From contig OZ024741.1 of the NCBI GenBank assembly GCA_964016885.1, positions 251,162,001 through 251,226,000 of the forward strand: a DNA stretch of 64,000 nucleotides, read 5' to 3'. Position numbers and translations under genes: made by a program. The DNA comes from Eledone cirrhosa. Its lineage: Eukaryota. The notes beneath the pieces were generated by a model. That model was not told the DNA's origin, ran no database searches, and saw only the letters and a list, made by a program, of their open reading frames with translations. Below, piece by piece: positions 50,248 to 64,000 of the stretch (positions within the stretch are counted from its first letter, which is position 1; every line of letters begins with the position of its first letter).

Positions 50248-52181
50248 TACATATCAAACCTAAATTCCTCAAAAAATGTTTTAGTCCACTCTGACAAAAC
50301 CAATAACTTATATGGTATTTCCAAGGATAATTATAACAACCTTATCCTAAAGGAACTTAGGAAAAAGTATCGTAAAACCAACCATGAAAATTTAGAATAC
50401 ATAAACTTTGAAGCCTCTGAGATTATGTCAAAACTTGGCATTGAAAAAAAGGCAGAACCATTCCTCCCAAGAACTCCGAGGATAAATCTCAAGGATCACA
50501 AAAACAATTTTCGCACTGAACTACCTGTTAGATTAATCGCCCCCTCTAAATCAGATCTGGGGGTTGTTAGTAAAACCATCTTGGATAGAATTATCCCACA
50601 GATTCGTTCTAATTGCTCTTCTTTGAACCTAAATTTATGGTTTGGTACTTCTGAAGTGATTAGCTGGTTCAACAAATTGAATAATAAAAACAAACTAAAA
50701 TTTGTTCAATTTGATATTGCCAGCTACTATTCTTCTATTTCGCCTTCACTTCTCAATAATGCTCTATCTTTCGCACTTAAATATTCTGACATCACCACAG
50801 ATGAACTTCACATCATTCTCACCGCACGTAAAACCATCCTAGAGTTCAACAACGAATATTGGACCAGAGCCGATACCTCTAACAACTTCGACATCACAAT
50901 GGGAGCATCCGATTCATCCCAATTGACAGATTTAATTGGTATCTTTATTTTGAACTCTTTGAGTCGGAAAATTCCTCAACTTCGCGGTGGAATTTATCGT
51001 GACGATGGACTCTTTACTATCTTAAATTGCAACATAGTTAACCTTAATATTATTAAGAACAATATACGTAATCTCTTTAACCAACATAACCTAAAAATTG
51101 AATTTGATAACAGCATCAAACTAGCTAATTTCTTGGATGTATCTCTTAATCTTGACACTGGCCTATATTACCCTTACCATAAAAAGAATGAGAACCTAAA
51201 TTATGTTAACTTTAAATCTAACCATCCTACTAATATCAAGAATGCTATAGTTAGTAATATTGGAAAAAGAATATCTAACCTATCTTCTAATAAAAACATC
51301 TTTGATGCTAACGCCAATTACTATAATAACGCGCTTTCTAAAGCCGGCTATCCTGATAAAATCAAATATAGTAAAGAAACAAATTCTAGAAGAACTTACA
51401 GTAGAATAATTAATCATGATCATTCCAATAACTTTAATAAAAGACCTAGATACAAAAACATAATCTGGTATAATGCTCCTTTCGCCATCTCTATTAATAA
51501 CAATATTCCTAAATTATTCTTTAGTGCCTTAAATAAATGCTTCCCTCCCTCACATATCTATAGTAAAATATTTAACAAACACACTATAAAATTTTCCTAT
51601 TCTACATCCTCCAACATTTCCAAAATTACCTCTAAACACAACAATAAAATACTAAATACTAAATCTCTTCCTTCCAACACTGAATATCATAATAATAGTA
51701 ATAGTACTCCCGAAGTCATTGTAAACCCTAGGCTAATTTCTGCAAACCCAAATACAACGTCAAACACAACTTCGCTAAATGTTCTTAATCCCATTCTAAA
51801 TCAAGAAACTATTATTCCTATCGCAAATAACTTCTCCAATCCAATTCCTTCTATAGATAACACTAGGTCACTCGTTAATAATCTCTCTAATCGCAATTGC
51901 AATTGCCCTATTAAAAATAAATGTCCTCTCAACAACCATTGTCTTGATAAAAACTTAATTTACGAATGTAAAGTTATAACTGACACCAATTCCTTCACCT
52001 ATTTTGCTCCACTTCCACCTCTTTTAAAGCTCATCTTTATAACCATCATTCGTCTTTTAAATACAAACTTAAAAGAACCAACACGGCTCTCTCAGAACTC
52101 ATATGGTCCTTGAAAGACAAAAATATTAAATATAGCATCTTTTGGAAGATGTTGCCTAACATAGAATCAATTATTATATAA
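50248..52181 (+). pseudogene. Naiad-type PLE reverse transcriptase + GIY-YIG endonuclease, frameshifted at ~52006
   Basis: Frame open upstream of the listed Met (SDKTNNLY motif). LKDHK, RLIAPSKSDLG, FDIASYY, FDITMG, IYRDDGL, FLDVSL, SNHP, CNCx5Cx5C linker, LIYECKV..TYF. A 1-nt loss shifts the frame; the alternate frame reads STSTSFKAHLYNHHSSF..TALSELIWSLK. Confidence 0.88.
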
Positions 52182-52803
52182 TACAATACATTCTTACTCT
52201 ATATCACCTTGTAAAAATCCTTCGTAAACATATACATTTTTTTGACGTTAGATTATTCATCCTCAATTCATTATTCTTTTCTCCCTTTCATCTAACTCAT
52301 TCATGCTCATCTCACAATATATCCTTACTTAAATTACCTGTTGTTCCTTTTAATAATACATATCAACATTTTCTTTCCATCGCACATATTATTAAACCCT
52401 TAAATATTATTCTTAATACATATTAACATTTTCTTTTCATCGCACATATTATTAAACACCTTAACTTTACATTATTTTTCTCTTCGTTAATTTTCAAATT
52501 CTTTTAATTTATACATTATCTTCCAACGGTTTTCAACCTCTCTATGTAAAACAATATATCTTTCTCAGTTATAAAAGCTATCTCTCTCTCTCTATCACCC
52601 ATCTCTCCTCCTATCTCATCCTTCCTCATTATACTCCTCCTTCTCCACTTTTTACTCTCATCTCCTCCTCTTTTTCATCCCCCCCCCCTCAAAATAAAAT
52701 ATTTTTCCCAATATCACACATCAATCTAAAACTACTTCTCATATGTTGATTTAAAACTGAACTATCCACAAGTGTTTTTTAACCTTCATATCATGTCTTC
52801 CTG

Positions 52804-52870
52804 TTTTATCTGATGAAAACACAAATATTATTGCATGATGATATTTGTTTTTGAAATGCGCATAATAAAA
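52804..52870 (+). ncRNA. Type I hammerhead ribozyme
   Basis: TTTTAT-CTGATGA-[AAACACAAATATTATT gcat GATGATATTTGTTTTT]-GAAA-TGCGCA-TA-ATAAAA: intact core, 6-bp stem I, long stem II, palindromic stem III. Confidence 0.85.
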
Positions 52871-52902
52871 TACATGGAACTCTTTTAACCATCTTTTGTT
52901 CT

Positions 52903-53300
<398 letters not shown>

Positions 53301-53484
53301 TTTCCACATAACTTTAGATTACCTTTCACACTTCAGTCTCCCCACAGTAAGAAATAATTTTATTGCCAGCGATTTCAATACACTATTGTTATTTCATAAT
53401 TACTTTTATCTCAACTATTTCACTTCATGGCACTGTTGTCACCTGTCTTCTACACTGGGTCTCTGATTAACCCTTACATACTGC

Positions 53485-54874
53485 TGTATATACTTCATAC
53501 ACATACACACACATATATATATACAGATATGGACGCACATATATGTACACACATGCACACACATACAGATATATACACACACCGATGCATATGGATACAG
53601 TTACAAGCTCACATACATATATACATATACATATAGATATATATACACACACATGCATAAGCATACAGATATGTACACACCGATGCATGTACATACATAC
53701 ATACAGATACATGCTCACATACATATATACATATACATACACATACAGATATGTACACACACACACACATATATACATACAGATACGCATACACATGTAT
53801 ATACATACATATACATACACATACAGGTATGTACACACACACACACATATATATACATACAGATACACATACACATGTATATACATACATATACATAAAC
53901 ATACATATATATACACACACATGCATGTGCATACAGATACATGCTCACATACATATATACATATACATACACATACAGATATGTACACACACATATATAT
54001 ACATACAGATACGCATACACATGTATATACATACATATACATAAACATACAGATATACATATGTGTACAGATACATGCTCACATACATATATACATATAC
54101 ATACAGATATATACACACACATACATACAGATACACACACACGTATATACATACATATACATAAACATACAGATATACATATGTGTACAGATATATGCTC
54201 ACATACATATATACATATACATACAGATATATACACACACATACATACAGATACACACACACATATATACATACATATACATAAACATACAGATATACAT
54301 ATGTATACAGATACATGCACACATACATATATACATATACATACAGATATATACACACACACACATATATACATACAGATACACATACACATGTATATAC
54401 ATACATATACATAAACATACAGATATATACACACACATGCATGTGCATACAGATACATGCTCACATACATATATACATATACATACAGATATATACACAC
54501 ACACACACATATATACATACAGATACACATACACATGTATATACATACATATACATAAACATACAGATATACACACACATGCATATGCATACAGAAAACA
54601 TGCACACATACATATATACATATACATACACATATATATATATACACATACATACAGATACACACATGTATATACATACAAATTCCTGTACACATACACA
54701 TATAGAGATACACACACATACATATATACATATACATACAGATATATATATATATACACATACACACAGATACACACACATGTATATACATACATATACA
54801 TACAGATTCCTGTACACATACACATATAGAGATACACACACATGCATAAACACATACTTATACATACAGATATG

Positions 54875-54908
<34 letters not shown>

Positions 54909-55700
54909 CAGATATATGCATACACACATACACATATTGGTATGAATGCACACACATGCACAAACACATACTTATGCATACACACACATACACATATATA
55001 TATATACAGATATATACACATACACATAATGGTATGAATGCACACGCATACAGATACACACACTCATCACACACATAGATACACACATCACATATCCTTC
55101 ACACTAGCTCACACACATACACTCCACATATATAACACACATGCACACACCACACACACACACAAAGACACAGCCATACACAAAGCCGCACACAAAGACA
55201 CACACACAGCCGCACACACACAAAGACACACACACACAGCCACACACACAACCACACACAAAGACATAAACACAGCCACACACACAGCCACACACACACA
55301 GCCACACACAAAGACACAAACACAGCCACACACAAAGACACACACACAGCCTCACACAAACACACACACACAGCCACACACACACAAAGACACAGCCACA
55401 CACAAAGACACACACAAACACGCACACACAGTCACACACACAGCCATCACACACAGCCACACACACACAGCCACACACACACAGCCATACACACAGCCAC
55501 ACACAGCCACATACACACAGCCACACACACGGCCACACACACACAGCCACACACAAACAGAGACACACATATACAGACACACTAGAACCTTCACTCACGT
55601 ATACATGAAGCTATATAGACACACACACAGACACACACACAGACACACAGACACACACAGCCACACAGACAGCCACATACACAGCCACATACACAGCCAC
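53485..55700. repeat. Compound TACA/CATA/CACAG microsatellite-derived repeat, locally with a 120-bp period
   Basis: Lines 54061, 54181 and 54301 are near-identical; grades into CACACAGC repeats. Confidence 0.9.
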
Positions 55701-56460
55701 ACACATATAAGATAAATACATATAGACACACTAGAACCTTCACTCACGTATACATGCAGCTATAGAGACACACACACACACAGACACACACATATAAGAT
55801 AAATACATATAGACACACTAGAACCTTCACTCACGTATACATGCAGCTATAGAGACACACACACTGACATACACATATAAGATAAATACATATAGACACA
55901 CTAGAACCTTCACTCACGTATACATGCAGCTATATAGACACACACACACACAGACACACACATATAAGATAAATACATATAGACACACTAGAACCTTCAC
56001 TCACCTATACATGCAGCTATAGAGACACACACACACACACACATATAAGATAAATACATATAGACACACTAGAACCTTCACTCACGTATACATGCAGTAA
56101 TAGAGACACACAGACACACACACAGACACACACATATAAGATAAATACATATAGACACACTAGAACCTTCACTCACGTATACATGCAGCTATAGAGACAC
56201 ACACACACACACAGACACACACATATAAGATAAATACATATAGACACACTAGAACCTTCACTCACCTATACATGCAGCTATCGACACACACACACACACA
56301 GATATAAGATAAATACATATAGACACACTAGAACCTTCACTCACGTATACATGCAGCTATACAGACACACACGGACACACACATATAAGATAAATACATA
56401 TACAGACACACTAGAACCTTCACTCACGTATACATGCAGCCACAGAGACACACACACACA
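55565..56460. repeat. Minisatellite, ~80-90 bp unit, ~10 copies
   Basis: Core ATAAGATAAATACATATAGACACACTAGAACCTTCACTCACGTATACATGCAGCTATAG plus variable (CA)n. Confidence 0.9.
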
Positions 56461-56619
56461 AGAACAGATACATACTGATATAGATAGAATCATATAACAT
56501 ACAACACAAACATACACTACAGAGACAGAGAACATGGCAGCCAGTGACCTGTTATATATGACACAGGGAGGTCTCCAGGGTCACTTCACTAATTTCACAC
56601 TGATTTCTCCCTCTCAAGG

Positions 56620-57542
56620 GAGACACATACACCTCACACACATACACACCTCACACACATACACCACACGCACATACACACCACATACACCACACCACAC
56701 ACACACACATACAGACCTCACAGATATTTCACACACCTACACACTTCACTCACACACCACACACACCACACACACCACACACACACACCACACACACATA
56801 CCACACACCACACACACAGAACAACACACACACATACCACACACCATACACACACCACACACACACCCCACACACACAACATACACATCACACACACACA
56901 CCATACACCACACACACCACACACACAACATACACACCACACACCACACACACCGCACACACACCATACACACCACACACACTACACTAACAACATACAC
57001 ATCACACACACACACACCACACACACACACACCACACACCACACAACACACACCACACACACACCACACACACACACACACACACATACATACCTCACAC
57101 ACACCACACACACACACACCACACATACACCACACTCACACACTTTAACAACACCTCACACACTCTGACAAAAGCAAGACACTGTGAATGTATGAATGTG
57201 TGTGGGTGTATGTGTGTGTGTGTGGTGTGTGTGTGGTATGTGCGTGTGTGTGTGTGTGTGTGTGGTATGTGTGTGTGTCTGTGTGTGGTGTGTGTGTGTC
57301 TGTGTGTGGTGTGTGTGTGTGTGTGTGTGTCTGTGTGTGTGTGGTCTGTGTGTGTGCTGTTAACTGCTTTGTACTAAAGAATCCAAAGACACCATCTTCA
57401 GCAACAGTGCTGCTACTACTACTACTACCACTACTACCACTATTACCACCATCACCACTACCACCACCACTACCACCACCATTACTACCACTACTACTAC
57501 CGCTACTACCACTATTACCACCACCACCACTACCACCACCAT

Positions 57543-57578
<36 letters not shown>

Positions 57579-57671
57579 CGCTACTACCACTATTACCACC
57601 ACCATCACCACCACCACCATTACCACCACCATTACTAATACTACTACTACTACCACTACTACCACTACTAT

Positions 57672-57711
<40 letters not shown>

Positions 57712-57745
57712 GCCACCACCACCACCACCACTACCACCACCACTA

Positions 57746-57791
<46 letters not shown>

Positions 57792-57801
57792 CACCACCAC
57801 C

Positions 57802-57885
<84 letters not shown>

Positions 57886-57910
57886 GCTGCTCTTGCTGCT
57901 ACTACTAACA
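56620..57910. repeat. (CA/CAC)n, (GT)n and (CTA/CCA)n simple repeats
   Basis: Direct inspection. Confidence 0.92.
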
Positions 57911-57989
57911 ACAGCAATAAAAACAGCAACAGCAACCACAATGGTTTTTAAATTAGATACTGGGCCAGCTATTTCAGAAAGACAATGAA

Positions 57990-58295
57990 AGTCAAATAAA
58001 TCAACCCTAGAACTTGACTGGCACTAAAGCATCAGACACCAGGCTTCGTAGCACCGAGTTACGGCCCTTTGTGTTCTGAGTTCAAATCCCATCAAGGTTA
58101 ACTTTGCCTTTCATCCTTACGGGGTCGTTAAATAAAGTACCAGTCATGCACTTGGGTCAGTGTTATCGAGTTTCATCTCCCCTTAAATTGCTGGCCTTGT
58201 GCCAAAAGTAGAAATTATTTTATCAACCCTGAAAGAATGAAAGGCAAAGGTGACTGTCTTTATCGGAATTTGAATACAAACTGTAAAGCCAGAGT
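57990..58295. mobile_element. Two SINE copies of one family, a plus-strand copy (~58025-58218) nested in a minus-strand copy
   Basis: GAGTTCAAATCCC..AACTTTGCCTTTCATCCTTACGGGGTCG..AAGTACCAGTC on plus; the complementary motif is split as CTTGACTGGCACT | TATTTTATCAACCCTGAAAGAATGAAAGGCAAAG..GGAATTTGAA. Confidence 0.7.
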
Positions 58296-58637
58296 GGACC
58301 TCCATCAGTTTCAACGATGAGTGTTCTAGTTCTTCTCTGCTAACAAATGCTGAATGTATTGATTCCAATAAAGAAAGGTTAAATATATGTTATCAAAATA
58401 AAAGTAGTTTATAAATTATATACCAAATAATTAAAAATGTCATTGGACTTAAAGCCCTATATCTCCCAGGGGTTTGACTACTTGTATCACCCAATTGCAG
58501 CCTCTTTTAACATCTTTAAGTGTCTTCGCTCTATTTTATAGAATCACCTGTGAATGAGCACACCATTCTTTATATTGACTTTATCTTCTAAGTACTTTAT
58601 AAAAATGAAGTACTTAGAAGTGTGGACTGTGTGTGTG

Positions 58638-61600
58638 TTTTTTTTTTTTGTCTTGACACCTACACGACCTCATTTATTTAGGACTGGATGTTGTGGTACC
58701 AACATAGCTTTACAGAGAAAGGGGTGGTGTAGATGGGGGTGGGGGAGTTGAGGTAGTGGGATAGGGATGTATATTTGATTAAGAGGTGCCTACTGACTGT
58801 AGGTTTCGCTTTGTACTTAGACAAGGCAGGTTTTCTGTATTACTGCGTATCGCCAAAGATCTCGGTCCAGTGACATTGTCTTAGAGAGGTGTAAGTGTTT
58901 AAGGTCGGAATTTATCAAATCGTCCCAGGTTTTTCTGGGTCTGCTTACTCCGTAACTTCCGTCAATTTTGATCTCCTTGCACGTTTTTATACAGCTGTTG
59001 TCTTTCATACGCATCACGGGACCATACCAACGTAGTCTTCTCTCGAGTAAACAGCATCTGATCCCTCTTATTCCTAATTTCTCACTTAGTTCATTTATGC
59101 TTTGCTGTTCACATATATTACTATTACACATCCAACGGAGCATGGATGCTTCGTTCCTCTCCAGTCTGCACACAATGCCCATGTCTCACTGCCATGTAAC
59201 ATAACTGTTCGTATACAAGCATCATACAGTCAGCCTTTCATTTTTAGAGAGAAACCTTTAGTGGCCAATAGTGGTATAAGCTCTCTGAACTTTTTCCATC
59301 CAGTTCTGACTCTGGCTACTGTACTTTCTGAGCACCGTCTACCACTGCTGATTTTGTCACCCAGGTAACGGAAGGTGTCCACTATTTCTATAGAGCCATC
59401 TGGGTAATAGAAGGAGGTAGTATCCTGTGGGCACTTGCTACTTATTGCACCTGAGCACCGGCCACATATAAAATCTACGTTCTTAGATAGCTTGCCTGTG
59501 ATCCCACTACATCTTTTATGCACCTATACTTTGCATTTGGGACATAAAATGGAATTTCTGCCTACTCCTTTCCTACACACTGAGCATGGTCATTTCCCAG
59601 AGGGGACCTGTGCCCTATTTTACTTCCTACATACTAGAACTTTAGTCTTAGACAAGTTAACTTTAAGGCCTTTTGATTCTAAGCCATGCTTCCATGTTTG
59701 GAATTTCTTCTCTAGTTCAGCCATCGATTCAGCTATGAGCGTTAGATCATCTACATAGAGAAACTACCATGGGCAGCCGGTCTTAAACTCCTCTGTTATA
59801 GCTTGAAGGGCAATAATAAATAGGAGGCTAAGGACAGAGCCCTGATGAACACCAACTTTTACGCTAAACTCTTCACTATATTCGTTGTTAATTCTAACCT
59901 TGCTGACTGTTTCTTTATACATGGCTTGTATAGCTCTCACAAGCCATTCATCAACCCCTAGTTTTCTAAGGGCCCACCAGATAATGGTGCGGGGGACTCT
60001 GTCAAATGTTTTCTCCAAGTCAACAAAAGCTAAGTATATGGGTTTACTTTTAGCTAGGTACTTCTCCTGTAGTTGTCATACAAGGAAAAGAGCGTCTGTG
60101 GTACTTTTACCGAAACTGCATTTCGTCTAGATAAATTTGCTCTCTGATTAGTTGCGCTATACCTTTTTTTGTGACCTTCATGACCTGGTCAATTAATCTA
60201 ATGCATCTATAGTTTCCCCTATCTAGTGCATCTCCTTTACCCTTGTAGCAGTTAATGATGATGCTGCTACGCCAGTCATTTGGTATGGCCCCATTCTGTA
60301 TGACTTGGTTTACTATCCGGGTGACCATAGTGTGTCCCACCGTTCCAGATGCTTTCAGCATTTCAGCAACTATTTCCGAAGGCCCAGCTGGCTTGCCTGT
60401 CTTCATATCTTTGATTGCCTTACTTATTATACTACCTTCAACTTGCACTGCTGGTCCCTCTATTGGATCCATGTGGGGCAGACTATCTTTGTCCCATTTA
60501 TTCTCCTCATTTAGTAGCCTCTCGTAGTGACACTTCCAAGCTACCTTCTTATCAGCGTCAGTGATGGCAAGTACACCATCATCATTATGGACACACTTCT
60601 CCCCAACAATATCACGGTTTTCCTTGACACATTGCCTAGCAATCCTGAACACCTCACGTTTTTGGTCATCGCGTTGTAGAGCATGCTTGAACTTTCTTTC
60701 CTCTGCTTCCCTTCTTGCAAAGTACACTTGTCTCCTAGCTTCCCTCCTGGTCACTTGATAGTGTTCTCTACTTCCCCCATCCCGCCATACTTTCCAAGCC
60801 TGCTTTTTGGCCTTGATTGACTCCTCCACCTTACTGTTCCACCACCAAGTTACTCTCCTCCTGCCTATAGGTCTGCTCCAGCCACAGATTTCATCTGTCG
60901 CCTTCAGTAGGTTAGCTTTCAGGAATTCCTACTGTTCCTCTATATTGTACGTCTCTAATTGCTCTTCCTTACTGTCAAAAGCACCAAGTAATATGCTTTT
61001 AAATTTGTTACTGGCTGTGGGGTCCTTTGATTTCCATATTCTTCTCCTTAGGTTAGTCCTCCTCTGTTGTCGAGTACGTCTCATCCTGACTATGAAGTCA
61101 CTAACTATGAGGCTATGTTGGGAGGTGCATTCTTCATGGGGGAGGGATTTAGTGTTTACAACAGACACTCTGTCACGTCTTCTGGTAAGGATATAATCTA
61201 TCTGACTGGCGTGTTTCCCTGATCTATAGGTGATCAAGTGATTGTCTCGTTTTTTGAAGTTTGTGTTACAGATAGTTATATACATCATAGCCATCACAAT
61301 GTTGTCCAACATGACCATTTAGGTCGCCAGCAATAATTATGTAGTCACTGTCGGTTATTTGGGAGGTAGTGAGCATAAGTGACTCATAGAATCTGTCTTT
61401 TATAACGCCAGGCAGTCCAGATTGGGGTTCATAGGTGGATATTATTGTCACAGTAGTTCTGTTTAGGACAAGTCTTATTTTAATTATTCTGTCATTCACT
61501 CTATTTACGTCTATTACCTTATCTACCCATTTTTCAGCTAACATAATTCCTACTCCACCCAGCCCATTGTCATTTCCCACCCAGAAAAGTTTATAGCATC

Positions 61601-61830
61601 GTTTTTTACCCACAATGAATCTAGCAGACCCACCCCTCCACCTAGTCTCTTGGACACAGCAAACAGCAACTTCCTTATGTTCAAGCATCTCTACAACCTT
61701 GTTAGAGCGACCTTTTAAATTGCCTACATTCATGGTGTCAACTCTCAAGTTTTGGATTGCGTTTGGTAGGTGGGAAGGATGAGGCCCAGGGAGGGGTGAG
61801 AGAGATGGGGTTATGTTAGCCATCAGCGGC
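58638..61830 (-). mobile_element. RTE-clade LINE, near full-length ORF but decayed
   Basis: APE motifs (TMNVG, VQETRW, AGDLNGHVG, QIDYIL, SQHSL), RT motifs (GNYRCI, EKTFDRVPR, GVHQGSVLS, FRYLG), a Cys/His insert (HKRC..FICGRC) and the RTE C-terminus (RRLRWYG, RPRKTW). Multiple stops and frameshifts; A-tail on the minus strand at 58638-58649. Confidence 0.92.
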
Positions 61831-61835
61831 CGAAA

Positions 61836-61885
61836 TCATCATCATCATCATCATCATCAGGTTTAGCGTCCGTGTTCCACGCTTG

Positions 61886-61886
<1 letters not shown>
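61836..61886 (-). mobile_element. 3' tail fragment of an RTE-related SINE/LINE ending in (GAT)n
   Basis: Minus strand GCGTGGAACACGGACGCTAAACC(TGA)n; a similar relic lies at ~46680-46712. Confidence 0.5.
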
Positions 61887-61952
<66 letters not shown>

Positions 61953-61985
61953 TGTGTGTGTTTATTTGTATATATGTACATATGT

Positions 61986-62105
61986 GAAGGCACATGCCTT
62001 AGTGGTTAGGGTATTTGGCTCAGGATTGTAAGGTTGGGAGTTTGATTCCTGGCATCATATTGTGTCCTTGAGCAAGCCACTTTATTTCATACTATTTCAC
62101 ATTGC
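61986..62105 (+). mobile_element. tRNA-derived SINE 5' fragment
   Basis: TGCCTTAGTGGTTAGG (A box), GAGTTTGATTCC (B box), TGTGTCCTTGAGCAAGCCACTTTATTTC; homologous to 47215-47413. Confidence 0.75.
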
Positions 62106-62380
62106 ACGGAATAAGGTATTTTGGAACGCGGGCCGCCAGCAGACCTGATCGTGGAAAAACTGCATGCCTGGACAATATGTAAAGAAAATAAACCAAATAC
62201 TCTGATGACTGGATAATCTTTAAGATTTTTCTCGATGAAGGAGGAAAAATGCAGGTTTTCACCTAATGAGGGCCCTAGGGGATCAAGAAAATGAATTATT
62301 TTTATCTGCATAATATGGCTCTATGGCCAGACACCACTACCACCACCCCCCTCATCACCACTGCCACCATCACTCCATAC

Positions 62381-62640
62381 CCATCACTTCTATGGCCACA
62401 CCACCACCCTCACCACCATCACCATCATCACTCCATAGCCATCACTTCTATGGCCACACCACCACCCTCACCACCATCACCATCATCACTCCATAGCCAT
62501 CACTTCTATGGCCACACCACCACCCTCACCACCATCACCATCATCACTCCATAGCCATCACTTCTATGGCCACACCACCACCCTCACCACCATCACCATC
62601 ATCACTCCATAGCCATCACCTCTATGGCCACACCACCACC
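62381..62640. repeat. 58-bp minisatellite, ~4.5 copies
   Basis: TATGGCCACACC recurs at 62391, 62449, 62507, 62565, 62623. Confidence 0.9.
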
Positions 62641-62877
62641 ATTACCCTCATCACCACCATCACCATCACCAGCCACCAACATCAACATCATCCTCATCAA
62701 CACCATCACCATCCATCATAACTATCATCACCATCATCATCACCATCACCATCACCATCACCATCACCATCCATCATAACTATCATCACCATCATCATCA
62801 CCATCACCATCACCATCACCATCCATCATAACTATCACCCTCACCATCATCATCATCACCATCATCACTTTCATCAC

Positions 62878-62933
<56 letters not shown>

Positions 62934-64000
62934 ACACCACCACCATCCATTCACACCACCACCATCACCATCCATCATAACTATCATCACCATCATCACC
63001 ATCATCACCACCACCACCACCACCATCACCAACATCACCAACATCACCAACATCACCACCACCACCATCATCACCACCACCACCATCACCAACATCACCA
63101 ACACCACCATCACCACCATCATCACCACCATCACCAACATCACCAACACCACCATCACCACCAACATCACCATCATCACCAACATCACCAACATCACCAC
63201 CACCACCATCATCACCAACATCACCACCACCACCATCATCACCAACATCACCACCACCATCATCATCACCAACATCACCACCACCACCATCATCACCAAC
63301 ATCACCAACACCACCATCACCACCAACATCAACACCAACATCACCACCACCACCACCATCACCAACATCACCAACATCACCAGCACCACCATCATCACCA
63401 CCACCACCATCATCACCATCACCACCAACATCACCAGCACCACCATCATCACCACCACCACCATCATCACCATCACCACCAACATCACCACCACCACCAT
63501 CATCACCACTACCACCATCATCACCACCATCACCAACATCACCAACATCACCACCACCACCATCATCACCATCACCACCATCATCACCACCACCACCACC
63601 ATCATCACCAACATCACCACCATCCCCAACATCACCAACACCACCATCACCACCATCACCACCAACATCACCACCACCACCATCATCATCACCACCACCA
63701 CCACCAACATCATCACCAACATCACCACCACCACCACCACCACCATCATCACCAACGTCACCACCACCACCACCATCATCACCACCATCACCAACATCAC
63801 CACCATCACCAACATCACCACCATCACCAACATCACCAACACCAACATCACCACCAACATCATCACCACCACCACCACCACCACCACCACCACCACCACC
63901 ACCACCACCAACATCACCAACACCATCACCACCACCAACATCATCACCAACATCACCACCACCACCACCACCACCACCATCATCATCAACGTCACCACCA
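62641..64000. repeat. (CAC/CAT/CAA)n trinucleotide low-complexity repeat
   Basis: Direct inspection. Confidence 0.95.

Larger units (their letters stand above)
49905..52902 (+). mobile_element. Penelope-like element of the Naiad type, 5'-truncated, with an inverted 5' fragment
   Basis: RT-GIY-YIG ORF, 3' hammerhead, ends at a long (TA)n. 49905-50206 is the reverse complement of ~51435-51738. Confidence 0.85.

Noticed and set aside
50248-52870. Selenoprotein/SECIS in the Naiad element
   Set aside because: No in-frame TGA in the RT/EN frame; the ATGA..GA hairpin downstream is explained by the hammerhead core.
62106-62330. Small unique islands (also 56520-56620 and 57358-57410) as possible host exons
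   Set aside because: No convincing splice signals or recognisable peptide; would need RNA-seq.
62291-63998. 355-aa Met/Val-rich ORF and His-rich ORF
   Set aside because: Trinucleotide repeat artefacts.

Overview
Eukaryotic genomic DNA with no recognisable host protein-coding gene. A coleoid cephalopod (Octopus-like) source is inferred from the SINE families, the RTE LINE, the microsatellite load and the divergent GC-rich 28S. From left to right: (1) the 3' ~3 kb of an R2 site-specific retrotransposon (RT, CCHC, restriction-like endonuclease, one in-frame TAA, and a ~900-nt highly structured 3' UTR) joined exactly at the canonical R2 site of (2) a 28S rRNA 3' segment that lacks ~26 nt of the peptidyl-transferase centre; (3) 3' ETS/IGS subrepeats that stop abruptly at (4) a ~40 kb degenerate (CCCTAA)n telomere-like array, punctuated by a CAGCTAA heptamer and organised in 2.3, 3.7 and 1.5 kb higher-order repeats, in the polarity that cannot cap the rDNA side; (5) an AT-rich subtelomere-like region with three Penelope-like element remnants (Neptune-type GIY-YIG, an inverted pseudo-LTR pair, Naiad-type RT), each carrying hammerhead ribozyme motifs, plus an LTR with PBS, SINEs, a MITE, a decayed RTE LINE and micro/minisatellites. 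All calls were made by eye, without alignments or folding software.
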